NCBI GenBank assembly: GCA_047285535.1
Contig: JBJBDC010000001.1
Location: 320,136 to 384,135, forward strand
Length of the DNA: 64,000 nucleotides
Reading direction: 5' to 3'
Source of the DNA: Synechococcus sp.
Lineage (GTDB): Bacteria; Cyanobacteriota; Cyanobacteriia; PCC-6307; Cyanobiaceae
Shown: in pieces, positions 10,658 to 20,326 of the stretch
Layout: the number at the start of each line of letters is the position of its first letter
How positions within the stretch are numbered: position 1 is the first letter of the stretch
Program-made: the position numbers and the translations under genes
Notes under the pieces: generated by a model
Seen by the model: only the letters and a program-made list of their open reading frames with translations
The model's database searches: none
Told to the model about the DNA's origin: nothing

Positions 10658-10927
10658 ATGTCTCAAGCTCGCGAGATGATCAACGCACACCTGTTTCCTG
10701 TGCTGGCGGTTGTTGCAACGGTTAGCGCAGTCTCTGTAGCCGTTTCACTTCGACCAATGGCAAAACATTCAGCGCGTTGGAACACTTGCTATAGCGATAG
10801 TATTGCTTGGTATCAGAAAAACAAACCTGACTGGACCATTCAAGACAAGGAAGTCTTCGCTTCCAATTTCTGCAATGGAGGCACTCCCGTTAAACCTGGG
10901 CCAGGTTTTCAACCTGCTTTTAAATAA
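10658..10927 (+). CDS. Small membrane-anchored hypothetical protein
   Basis: MSQAREMINAHLFPVLAVVATVSAVSV hydrophobic segment then WNTC...NFCNGG; start placed at ATG 10658. Confidence 0.65.
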   Translation: MSQAREMINAHLFPVLAVVATVSAVSVAVSLRPMAKHSARWNTCYSDSIAWYQKNKPDWTIQDKEVFASNFCNGGTPVKPGPGFQPAFK

Positions 10928-11294
10928 GTTAGCATCATTTTGACGCGATATTGAAGAAGTTGTGATGACGCCTTATGCAGAATCTCCTGAACTGAATCAC
11001 TGCATTATTTCTTGTCATCCATGAAGCGCAACTGCAACTCAATTTCATGGATTGTGGACCAAGATCATACAGTTGACTTTTTGCTAAAAATCAAAACAGG
11101 CACTGCTTTTTGATTCTCTCACGAATCTCAAGAGTAAGGCGTTATTGGCTTTTGTAAAATGTAGAATCACGTTGGCTAAATCAATATTTTTTTGCTTGAT
11201 TCTCGTTAGTGGTATCGCTTCACACTCCGTTGACTTCCGCAACTGTCGTTTTAATGGCAATATGCGAACTCTACTAAAACCTCAATCCTGAGTT

Positions 11295-11954
11295 ATGCGT
11301 GCTTACACTCAAGTCTTTCAATCTTTAGTCTTTCTAAGTCCATGGTTATCAGTGATGCTTCTTTCTGCACCCGCTCTAGCTGATAGTCCAAAGCTGTATA
11401 TCACTGGTTCAGCTGGATTCAATAATCCAAGTACGCGAATTAATACAGGTGAGATAGGTACTTTTGAAGAATACACAAACCCAGGTGTATCAGGCGAGTT
11501 AGGGTTGGGAGTGGACTTTGAAGGTTTAAGAGTCGAAGCCACTTATACCCTTGATGCAAGTCAATTAAAAGGATATACTAATGTTAGTGGTATCGATTTT
11601 GATTATAATTCGGGAGGAGAAGTCCGCAAGCAATCAGCCTTCCTGACTGGATATTGGGATTTCTTTAGACAGAAGAATTGGACGCCATATCTTGGTGCAG
11701 GTTTTGGTTACTCAAACCTGGATGTACGCGACTTTTCAGACCCTGGTCTTTCCTACAGAGGCTTCAATCGCTCGCTCTGGGGTTATCAATTAAAAGCTGG
11801 AGTTTCAGTTGATATAACAAATCGTTCAATTCTTTTTGCAGAAGCTGTATATCGAGGAACGTCTGGCTTTAGGACAAATGATGGATTTGACGATTGGAAT
11901 AATGCTTCCTGGAGTAGCTGGGGTAGCCAATTGGGAGTGCGAATTTCTCTTTAA
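11295..11954 (+). CDS. Outer-membrane beta-barrel protein (OmpA-like/Opacity-type)
   Basis: Signal peptide ending ALA-D, alternating beta strands, TPYLGAGFG, YQLKAGV, terminal LGVRISL. Confidence 0.8.
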   Translation: MRAYTQVFQSLVFLSPWLSVMLLSAPALADSPKLYITGSAGFNNPSTRINTGEIGTFEEYTNPGVSGELGLGVDFEGLRVEATYTLDASQLKGYTNVSGIDFDYNSGGEVRKQSAFLTGYWDFFRQKNWTPYLGAGFGYSNLDVRDFSDPGLSYRGFNRSLWGYQLKAGVSVDITNRSILFAEAVYRGTSGFRTNDGFDDWNNASWSSWGSQLGVRISL

Positions 11955-13893
11955 TGCTTACTTTCGTTGGCTGATTGATCAACATCTAAATATTCTACAC
12001 AAGATTTATTCCTGTGATGATAAATTGGCTTTTAAAAGTGCCTATGCCTAGATCTCAAGAGTTGCGTCCAACCAATTGCTCACAGTTTGTTGAATTTGTA
12101 GATCCATCTTCAAGTCCTTGCGTGTTGAATCAGGAAATTTAATTTGATCATTATCTCAAGCATTTTCCCATGAATAATTTAGCTTGGCAAAGTATTTTTA
12201 TGCTTTATTATTGCTGCAATACGGTATTAAGTCGAAGATAAGCGCTGGAATTATAGATTTCTATTGTTGACTTCGTCTGTCATCGGCTTAGATTTTCTTT
12301 GAAGTCGTCAACGATAATGAGATCACTTTCACCAGCAATGAAGCTGCATCTTGAACAGCCGAACAGCTTGGTTGCGTTTGCTCATCAATCTGGCAAGGAG
12401 TTATACCCCAATTGTGGAGGGTAATGATGGAGTGAACGCCTTCTATTCTGTACAACATAGGTCAAGTTATTGTTGTTTCAATGTAGAGAATTCCTGAAAT
12501 CAATGGCTCTCTTCTAGCAATTTTCGGTAGTTTGGATCCACACGTTGCAAAAGCACGTCAGAAAATAGTGAGCACCTTACTACGTTCTCTTCTCTTAATC
12601 ATGGGATTATTCTTTTAGAAGTTAACCATACTTTTATGTGCGACGATGCTGATCGATGGCATCTCAATGGATGAGTTATGGCGTGCAATCACTTCGATTT
12701 TTTATTACAGAAACGAGTTGATTACACTTTTGAGTGCTCTCTTCTTAATCTGTTATGAGATTTATGTTGATGGTATTAAGATCTGGTTTTATTTTATAGG
12801 TCCTAGATCACTGTTTGGCTTCTCCCACTTTCATGTTCTTTCCATTAAATGGATTTTAGAATGTCATTTGCACTTATTGATTTTCAGATGGTTTTTCGAT
12901 TGTTCAATACTTGACTCACGCTTATAAATCCTATTGATTCATTGTACTTGTCGAGATCTTTTTCTTCTGCTCTACTTTGCTGCTTGATTGGCGTTTGGTT
13001 TTTCATTGTAGAGAATTATATTATCATTCATCAACGTCTTACGATGATGAAGTCCCCGATGAGTCGTGGAGCTTTTACTTAAAAAGATCTATCGTTTGTT
13101 ATTTCCTCATTGTGATTGACAGCTAGGGCTAGATAGATGTCCTGGCTGTGTCGATCTGCTAGCTCTTGCCTCATTCATCTCCACTTTGAGGGCCTCTGCA
13201 CTCCTTTGTTGCCTCTATCTTTGTTGATCTTTATCTGTAATCATCTTATTCATCCAATGTGTTCTTCATTGATGATACTTCTTTACGAGTCAACAGGCTT
13301 TATTTGTTTGAATTTTTCAGGTTCCTCGTAAAAACATAACTTATTTTGGATTGATTTAGTTCACTTGATTCTATTTGTACTTATGGGATGTGAGAATTAT
13401 CCTTTTTAGGTTTGTTGTGATATTCTGATGCGTTTTCCTTTGGCTTGTTGCTTACATTGTGCTTGTTTGTTCGACTTGCTTATTGGTTCTAGGCATCTTT
13501 ATGAGTAGAATATTTTGAAGAACTCATGTCTTGCTTCCCAAGGTTTGTTTAGAATCTAACGTTTGCTCTTGTGGTCTCCGTGTGCATGTTTCGACGATAG
13601 ATGTAGAAGATTTGAGGCTTTTGATTCCTCCTCGACTTTTGTCAGTTTTGCTACCAAAGCCCATGTGTCCTGTGGGGATAGTTCCCCTTCTTGATTCCAC
13701 TTTAGGCTTGAGATGCTTGTGTTTGACATGAATCCCTGAATAATTATTTAAAAAGATAAATGCAGAGATACGCTACCAAGAGCATTAATACAAGATTTTC
13801 ACTGAAGAAATTATTAAGCTCGTGTCTTTGGTTACACTTCTGCTGTGTTCATTTTTCTAGAGCACCAGAGGCCCTTGAGTCCTTGTCCCATCT

Positions 13894-13956
13894 AGTGGAA
13901 TTGCTTAGCAACGCTGTTCTCGCGAGTGCCCCATCTTTCGCCGGGGCTTTTCCACT
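13894..13956 (+). ncRNA. Candidate structured RNA (four-way junction)
   Basis: AGTGGAA/TTCCACT closing stem enclosing three hairpins (TTGC/GCAA, CGC/GCG, GCCCC/GGGGC); GC-rich within an AT-rich region. Confidence 0.35.
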
Positions 13957-14399
13957 CAATCTCTTTTAGATAGTGCCATGATTTATGGGTGTTGATCATG
14001 CCGCCTCGCGGGCCTTTCGTTTTCTCTGACCAGACAGGTTGGCCCTTTTTCTTCAATGTAAGGACTGTTGATTTGTTTTGTCACAAAGCAAAGTGTGGAT
14101 CCGCAACTGCGGTGTCATGGCTGATGGATGTGGCAGTTCGTCTTGTTAAAGGAATCCAGGGGACCATCAATAGTTTTAGATTTGCGATGTAGTAGATGGG
14201 GGTGTTCACTGAGTCAATGTTGATGGTTTAAGCCATGTCATTCATTCATTGGATGGATTCGATGCGTAAGGCATCTATTTCGCTTGATCAATCCCACGAT
14301 GCTGGAGTTGGTGTGATGCCAGCTCTCACGGAATGACACTCCAGAATTATTACAGATTTGATTCCCGCTTCTGGTCTGGGGCTTTGTTAAGGTTTCTAC

Positions 14400-14486
14400 A
14401 TGAATACTTTTGCGGTTGCTGGTACCCTCGTTCTTCTGAACGTGGCTCTTATTTCTTCTATCCTTACGGGTAAATTTCCGTCTTGA
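14400..14486 (+). CDS. Putative 28-aa single-transmembrane peptide
   Basis: MNTFAVAGTLVLLNVALISSILTGKFPS*, with AAGG shortly upstream of the ATG. Confidence 0.4.
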   Translation: MNTFAVAGTLVLLNVALISSILTGKFPS

Positions 14487-14827
14487 TGCTTAATTGGACC
14501 TTTTTTATTCGCTGATCAGCTTTTCAAGCGTTTTTAGCTTTTGAATTTCGATTTAGGTAAGAGAAGTTAATCTGTTTCATTTGTCTTGTATTTTAGATAC
14601 ACTTTATCTAGCTTTTAATTGTTTATTCGTTTGCTCTGTCATGCTGGCTGGGGTTATTTTTATTGGTTTTAATTTTTCTGGCCTTGGATGAGTCGATTCG
14701 TTGCCCAGCTTTTGCTCGCGGCGAACTTCTTGGTCTGCCGATGTTATTTGCTTTAATGGCACATCGTATGTGATCTAATTAGTGTCGCGTTGGGAGGTTG
14801 TTATAGTGCTTGTGGAATTATTGTGCC

Positions 14828-14862
14828 ACGATCACTCGTTAAAACCTTTAACGAGTGATCGT
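14828..14862. terminator. Perfect 16-bp inverted repeat, possible terminator downstream of the ppk2 unit
   Basis: ACGATCACTCGTTAAA-ACC-TTTAACGAGTGATCGT. Confidence 0.55.
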
Positions 14863-15160
14863 TCGTAGCTTTATTGCTTTGATGTTTTCCGCTGACTTCT
14901 TCCCATATGGTCTGAGTTCTTGTATCCCCAAGTTTGTATTATGTCAATGCCACTTGGTCTCTTAATTGAATTCAAGAGCTTCATCTCTAGATTGTCATGG
15001 CTGCTCACTTTAGGGTTTAAACATTTCTTGATTTCTCTATTCCTATGATTATTGACATTGTGGTCTGATCTTTCTGATGCAATTAGATAGGTCGATCCTG
15101 GTTTTTTCTTCACTTTCCGCGAGGAGTTTGACGTCCTGACTTAGGCTTTAGTGTGTTTTC

Positions 15161-16126
15161 TTAATCGTAAGGATAGCAATTGGGTACAAAATACTGTTCG
15201 TTAATTGGTGGCCTCCTGTAAGCATTATGTTCAGGTCTTGGTGGTAATTCAATGGCGGGTGGAGTCATATCTTCCCAAGGCACTTTGCTCAAGATATGCC
15301 TCAAGCAGTTAAGGCGCGCTCTTCTTTTATCATCCGCTTCTACCGTGAACCATTGTGCTTCAGGAATGTTAGTACTGGCAAACATTAGATCCTTCGCCTC
15401 TGAAAACTCAACCCAACGATTGCGTGCCTCTAGATCCATCGGACTGAGTTTCCAGCGACGAGTCGGGTCATCAATTCTTGATTGAAAACGTTCTTCCTGT
15501 TCCGTATCACTGACTGAAAACCAGTACTTTAATAACAACACTCCACTTCTCACGATCATCCTTTCAAATTGAGGGCAATCCTCAAGAAAGGCGTCTACTT
15601 CGTTTGGGGTGCAAAAGCCCATGACACGTTCCACTCCAGCGCGGTTATACCAACTGCGATCAAAAACTACAATTTCTCCTGCAGCTGGAAAGTGTTCCAC
15701 ATAGCGTTGAAAGTACCACTGAGTTTTCTGCCGATCCGATGGAGTACCTAAGGCCACAACTCGTGCACCCCTTGGATTTAAGGGCTCCGTTAAACGTTTA
15801 ATTGTTCCTCCCTTACCTGCTGCATCCCGCCCTTCAAACAGGATGATCATGCGGAATCCTTTTTCCTTGATCCAATATTGCATCTTGACCAGTTGAGACT
15901 GAAGTTTTTTCAGTTCTGATTCGTACAACTTTTTATTGAGACGTTGCCCGTTGTGGCTGTGACGCTCAAGCAGATCTCCAAGCAGTTCCGTTGGAGCCGC
16001 GATATCTCTCTCACTTCCATCAAGAGCTTCAATCACAGCGGCGGGTAGTGCCTCAACCGAATTCATTTGCTCCGCTTCTTTGTGCTTGTTTTTGTGTTTT
16101 GACTTTTTCGTTTCCTTATGGCCCAT
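15161..16126 (-). CDS. ppk2: Polyphosphate kinase 2
   Basis: FEGRDAAGKGG, QWYFQRY, FDRSWYNRAGVERVMGFC, WKLSPMD, DDKRRARLN. Confidence 0.95.
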   Translation of the reverse strand: MGHKETKKSKHKNKHKEAEQMNSVEALPAAVIEALDGSERDIAAPTELLGDLLERHSHNGQRLNKKLYESELKKLQSQLVKMQYWIKEKGFRMIILFEGRDAAGKGGTIKRLTEPLNPRGARVVALGTPSDRQKTQWYFQRYVEHFPAAGEIVVFDRSWYNRAGVERVMGFCTPNEVDAFLEDCPQFERMIVRSGVLLLKYWFSVSDTEQEERFQSRIDDPTRRWKLSPMDLEARNRWVEFSEAKDLMFASTNIPEAQWFTVEADDKRRARLNCLRHILSKVPWEDMTPPAIELPPRPEHNAYRRPPINEQYFVPNCYPYD

Positions 16127-16211
16127 GGGGATGCGATCAGTTCCATCTTATTTATGGCTACCAGCCTAATCAAACGGTCATTTCTCAGCGTTTCGCAATG
16201 TTGTTGACCAA

Positions 16212-17540
16212 TCATTTCACCGGCAAGTAAAGGCGAATCGCGAAGCGTCCTGCGGCTTCAGTTCCCTCTACTCCCTTCCCATAGCTGTAATTGAGATGAC
16301 CTCCGTGAAGACGCGCGACGTGCACAACAATTGCTAGTCCTAAACCACAGTGTCCCTGTCCTCCTCGAGATGCATCAAGGCGATGGAACGGTTGGAGAGC
16401 TTGCTCCCACTGTCGTTGGGGCATGCCTTCACCTTGATCCCAAACCTCAATACAGCATTGATCTTCTACACGTAGCAATCTCAAGACGACAGGTGCTTCT
16501 CCATAGGTAAATGCATTGTCAATCAAATTGGCCACAGCGCGACTAAGCGCTACAGGTTTAACGATGACCTCCATCGCTTCTAGGTTGAGCTGCAACTGAT
16601 TCGCTGGGTGACTACTCGCAACCTCTGCCAGAAGTTGATCTAAAGGAACCGGTACTGAGAGTTCTTCATCCCCCCCCCCTGCAAATAACAGAAATTGACC
16701 AGTAATACGCTCTAGAGACTGCAAATCACCTGCGCAACGATCACGTTCCTTTGCGCTCAGATGCGGTAAGGAAAGCCGAAATTTCAGACGTGTAATAGGA
16801 GCTCGTAGATCATGAGCAATACCAGCCAGCATCGTGGCTCTTTCGTTTCGATTGGCTGCCAACCGACGCACCATTGCATTAAATCGGTGGGTAAGACGTT
16901 GCACCTCTGGTGCACCATGAGCAGGAACCTCATCAGGATCAACACCATCCCCCACCCTTGACAAGGCTTTCTCTAATCCGCGGAGGGGAGCTTCGACCTC
17001 CACAAGTAGAAACAATCCGCCGCAGATCATTCCAGCGCCAACGAGCGATAAACCCAACAATGTGGGTTCAGGGGGCCAGCTCATGGGGGCCCGCACATTG
17101 ACGCGTAACCAAATTGGTTCCAGAGGTGAAATCAGTTCAATCCACACACCTCGATCGCCATCCTCCTTCTGTTCCGCCAAGACCATCGGACAGTGGGATA
17201 AACGCTCACACAGCTGCTTCTGAAGCGCTTCTATCTGGCGTTGGATGCTAGCCGTAGGCTCTTTCTCAATCGGTTTTGGTCGTAGGGCTACCGAGAGATC
17301 AAGTCCTGTGAGTTCAGTGACCAAATGGGGCGGATAGCGCTCCAGAGCCAACTCCGTCAGCCTCACATTGAGAGCTAAATCCCGGCCAAGTTGTACTGTC
17401 TGCAGCTGCTCTAGCTGTTGTCCAAACAGAACTTGCAAGACCAGTAAGCAAAATGCCCAACTCCCAAGAGCAAGGCCACTCCACCCCAAGAGGGCTTGAA
17501 GTCGAACCTGCCAAACTCTTGGGTTCATGCCTGGCCTCAA
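16212..17540 (-). CDS. Sensor histidine kinase, EnvZ-like (2 TM, HAMP, HisKA, HATPase)
   Basis: H-box AGIAHDLRAPITRL, N-box NLIDNA, DQGEG, GLGLAIV; start overlaps the regulator stop. Confidence 0.92.
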   Translation of the reverse strand: MRPGMNPRVWQVRLQALLGWSGLALGSWAFCLLVLQVLFGQQLEQLQTVQLGRDLALNVRLTELALERYPPHLVTELTGLDLSVALRPKPIEKEPTASIQRQIEALQKQLCERLSHCPMVLAEQKEDGDRGVWIELISPLEPIWLRVNVRAPMSWPPEPTLLGLSLVGAGMICGGLFLLVEVEAPLRGLEKALSRVGDGVDPDEVPAHGAPEVQRLTHRFNAMVRRLAANRNERATMLAGIAHDLRAPITRLKFRLSLPHLSAKERDRCAGDLQSLERITGQFLLFAGGGDEELSVPVPLDQLLAEVASSHPANQLQLNLEAMEVIVKPVALSRAVANLIDNAFTYGEAPVVLRLLRVEDQCCIEVWDQGEGMPQRQWEQALQPFHRLDASRGGQGHCGLGLAIVVHVARLHGGHLNYSYGKGVEGTEAAGRFAIRLYLPVK

Positions 17541-18298
17541 CGTGTGCGAGGCTCGCCATCAGGCACGAAAACATATCCATATCCCCATACCGTCTGGATG
17601 TAGCGAGGACGTGCTGGGTCCGGTTCAACCAGCTTGCGCACTCGTGAAACTTGCACATCCATGCTGCGACTATCTGTGTCTGAACCAGGTCCTCGAGCCA
17701 GTTCGATGAGTCGTTCTCTAGATAATGGTCGGTGTGGATGCTGTACAAATGCTGCCAGCAAACTGAATTCACCGCTGGTAATAACGACGGGCTTGTTGTT
17801 CCTGAACAGTGTTCTTGCAGATAGATCAAATTGATTGTCTCCAAAGGTCACATCACCACCCTCAGCCACAGGTGTTCCTGCAGGTATTGAGCTCCGTCGT
17901 CTCAGTACTGCTTCAATGCGTGCTGACAACTCCCTTGGAAGAAATGGCTTGGCGAGGTAATCGTCGGCTCCCTGTTCCAACCCAATGATGCGATCGATCC
18001 CTTCCCCTCTCGCCGTCAACATGACTACGGGTAAATCGTCTCCAGCATCTCTAAGACGCCGCAGTGCAGAGAGTCCATCATCGCCTGGCATCATCAAATC
18101 AAGCACGATCAAATCTGGACGCTGAAATTCGAGCCTGGCTTCGAGCTGCTTGACATCGCTGAGACATCGAACGTCATACCCCTGGTCGATCAGATAGGTG
18201 CCCACCATCTGGCGCAGATCTGGATCATCATCGACGACCCAGATCATGGAAGCTTTCTTTGTACCTGAATTCAATGGAGTGCTTGAAGGTTGAATCAT
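17537..18298 (-). CDS. OmpR-family response regulator
   Basis: VVDDD, LDLMMPG, MLTARG, GADDYLAKPF and winged-helix end YIQTVWGYGY; alternative start at 18247. Confidence 0.93.
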   Translation of the reverse strand: MIQPSSTPLNSGTKKASMIWVVDDDPDLRQMVGTYLIDQGYDVRCLSDVKQLEARLEFQRPDLIVLDLMMPGDDGLSALRRLRDAGDDLPVVMLTARGEGIDRIIGLEQGADDYLAKPFLPRELSARIEAVLRRRSSIPAGTPVAEGGDVTFGDNQFDLSARTLFRNNKPVVITSGEFSLLAAFVQHPHRPLSRERLIELARGPGSDTDSRSMDVQVSRVRKLVEPDPARPRYIQTVWGYGYVFVPDGEPRTR

Positions 18299-18407
18299 TT
18301 CTGTACCACCCAGGTCATGAAGGAACTCACCATCTCTTCTGCATATACATGTGCTGAACGTACTGATCGTATGGAGCTACGGGCGAACTGTCCTGTGCAA
18401 TTAGACC

Positions 18408-18446
18408 CTGTCATAGTTACTTGGTGATCTGTCATCACTCAGACAT
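18408..18446 (+). promoter_or_regulatory. Direct-repeat OmpR/PhoB-type binding site candidate
   Basis: CTGTCAT at 18408 and 18429, CAGACAT at 18440 (11-bp spacing), another CTGTCAT at 18490. Confidence 0.5.
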
Positions 18447-18479
18447 CTCTCCATAGACTTCAGTGCATACTCTGGTGCA

Positions 18480-18935
18480 ATGGAGAAATCTGTCATTCTT
18501 CCGTGGGCTGTAATGGGGATCAGTCTCCTGTGGCCTTCACACGAGCTTCAAGCTAACCCGGTGCAGCATTACGGCAACCGGATGGAAGCCTTGTTCATTC
18601 GGATGGATTCCAATGGTGACGGGCGTCTGGAAGGAAAAGAAGTGCGTGGTCAGCCCTACCTAGAAAGACGCTTGCAACGGAATCAACCGCGTAGATATTT
18701 ATTAATCGAAGACATTAAGCCTTCTGCTAGACATCCGAGTGGCCTGAGATTGCAACGTCGCTTTCAAGAAGCGGATCTTAATTTGGATGGACGACTGGAC
18801 CGAAAGGAGGTTTCTTCTCTCCCCTGGTTACAACGCAACTTTTCGAGTTTGGACCGCAATAGTGATGGAAGCCTGACAATGAATGAATTGTGGATGATGC
18901 AGCGATCCCTAGCTCCTCGTCCGAAAACACGATGA
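18480..18935 (+). CDS. Secreted/periplasmic EF-hand protein
   Basis: Signal peptide plus three EF loops DSNGDGRLEGKE, DLNLDGRLDRKE, DRNSDGSLTMNE. Confidence 0.85.
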   Translation: MEKSVILPWAVMGISLLWPSHELQANPVQHYGNRMEALFIRMDSNGDGRLEGKEVRGQPYLERRLQRNQPRRYLLIEDIKPSARHPSGLRLQRRFQEADLNLDGRLDRKEVSSLPWLQRNFSSLDRNSDGSLTMNELWMMQRSLAPRPKTR

Positions 18936-18947
18936 AACACTGATGAA

Positions 18948-19391
18948 TCAGCGCTTTTTCCTTAACCGACGCTGTCGATTAGTGGTCGAAGGCGTTATAG
19001 ACATTGTGAGTTTCGATGTGCGTCGAGCTGATGGTTTTAAGAGTACGGATAAGGTTCGAAACAAGCGGGTCAGGCCAGCCACAATTGCCAGTAGACCAAG
19101 TAATAGAAGTGCAGCAATCAGAATCACTGCAGAAAGCCCTAGCAATGCTTCCAATAATTGACCAAGGCCGCGGATCAGATCAGCAATCGCTTCGCTAACC
19201 ACTACGATTGCATCTATTTTGGTCGGTAACCAGCTTAATCCGGCAAGTAATCCACTACCAAGAAGTAAAAGCAAGAAAGACTCCAGCAACTTCTTCCAAA
19301 CAGCAATGGTTTTAGAAGTACGCTTTTGCTTCATTAACAAGCGTCTTTCCTGCTGAGCTGTTCGCAGTTTGGGAGTCTTTCGTGACTTCAT
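18948..19391 (-). CDS. Hypothetical membrane protein
   Basis: Two long Leu-rich hydrophobic helices and basic termini; ATGA overlap with the upstream ORF. Confidence 0.65.
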   Translation of the reverse strand: MKSRKTPKLRTAQQERRLLMKQKRTSKTIAVWKKLLESFLLLLLGSGLLAGLSWLPTKIDAIVVVSEAIADLIRGLGQLLEALLGLSAVILIAALLLLGLLAIVAGLTRLFRTLSVLLKPSARRTSKLTMSITPSTTNRQRRLRKKR

Positions 19392-19633
19392 GGCAGCAAA
19401 AGTCCAGTGGATCTGTGCATCCAGCGTTCAAATTCAATGAGAACTAATTCATTGGGACAGTCGATCAAGCTGAGATCACCGACTATGCAATCTCCGTAGC
19501 CGCTGTGATGGAGAGTCAGTTGATAACCAGAACCGCTCAAACCGCACACCTCAGGATCGCTCCTAACGACTACATCCAAAGAAGCTCCAATCCTTGCTAC
19601 ACGACGCCTAAGATCAGACCAACTGGAAGACAT
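19388..19633 (-). CDS. Hypothetical protein
   Basis: 81 aa, co-oriented in an operon-like run. Confidence 0.65.
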   Translation of the reverse strand: MSSSWSDLRRRVARIGASLDVVVRSDPEVCGLSGSGYQLTLHHSGYGDCIVGDLSLIDCPNELVLIEFERWMHRSTGLLLP

Positions 19634-19681
19634 CGAAGTTTAGGGATCAATCCATCGATTTTGGCGAAGTCAGAGCCTAGG

Positions 19682-20326
19682 TCAACGGGACGGATCAGCT
19701 TGTAAAGGTTCGGTAACCGGCTGTGGCGGTGAAATTTTTACAGCATCAGCGGGAGCGGTGTTCTGCTGGCGAGGAATGGGTAGAACCATCGCCACGGCTC
19801 CAACCATGACAAGCGCAAGACCGCCCAGAAAAGGGCTGGCTAGCCGATGCAGCAACGGAACCCTCTCGACCAACTCTCGACGACTTAAAGGATGATTGGA
19901 AATTTCTGGCCAAGACATCGCTACGCGGTGATCTGATTTCAGCGCATCCAGGCAACGCAAAAGATCAGCTAAATCTGCATCATCCAGACAAATTTTCAAA
20001 GGAGGAACGTCGGCTTGACTACTCGTCAGCTCTAATTGATGACCATGTTTCACAGGAAGGATTCGAACTGGATGCTGAAACCAACCCTCAGGCCTTGCAA
20101 CTCCTGAAATTTGATGCCGCGCGTAGGGAAAAACAACGGCCATCAATGCCTCGAGATGATCGCGTTTCCCTTCTAGTTCGGGAGCACCAACTAATTGAAG
20201 ACGCCAAGCAGACAAAATTCCAATGACATTGTCCGCATGTCCAGCAGAGAAGTCAGGAAGTCCATCGACTTCAAGCCTTGCAGCTGTTTGGTCGTAGCGA
20301 TATGAGAGTTTAAGCATCGAGCTCAT
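19682..20326 (-). CDS. DUF4335 family protein
   Basis: YDQTAARLEVDGLPDFS...LEGKRDHLEALMAVVFPYAR...DLLRCLD with a C-terminal TM; adjacent to DUF3038. Confidence 0.8.
   Translation of the reverse strand: MSSMLKLSYRYDQTAARLEVDGLPDFSAGHADNVIGILSAWRLQLVGAPELEGKRDHLEALMAVVFPYARHQISGVARPEGWFQHPVRILPVKHGHQLELTSSQADVPPLKICLDDADLADLLRCLDALKSDHRVAMSWPEISNHPLSRRELVERVPLLHRLASPFLGGLALVMVGAVAMVLPIPRQQNTAPADAVKISPPQPVTEPLQADPSR

Noticed and set aside
13894..13959. tRNA call for the cloverleaf-like element
   Set aside because: Too short, lacks the conserved D-loop GG and TTC T-loop, and has no CCA; kept only as an ncRNA candidate
12646..14192. Short ORFs in the AT-rich patch (12646, 13137, 13531, 13760, 13989)
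   Set aside because: Their Leu/Phe/Cys-rich translations are what random T-rich DNA yields, with no family features
14871..15113. 80-aa ORF downstream of ppk2
   Set aside because: Non-ATG start and no motifs; cannot be supported as a gene
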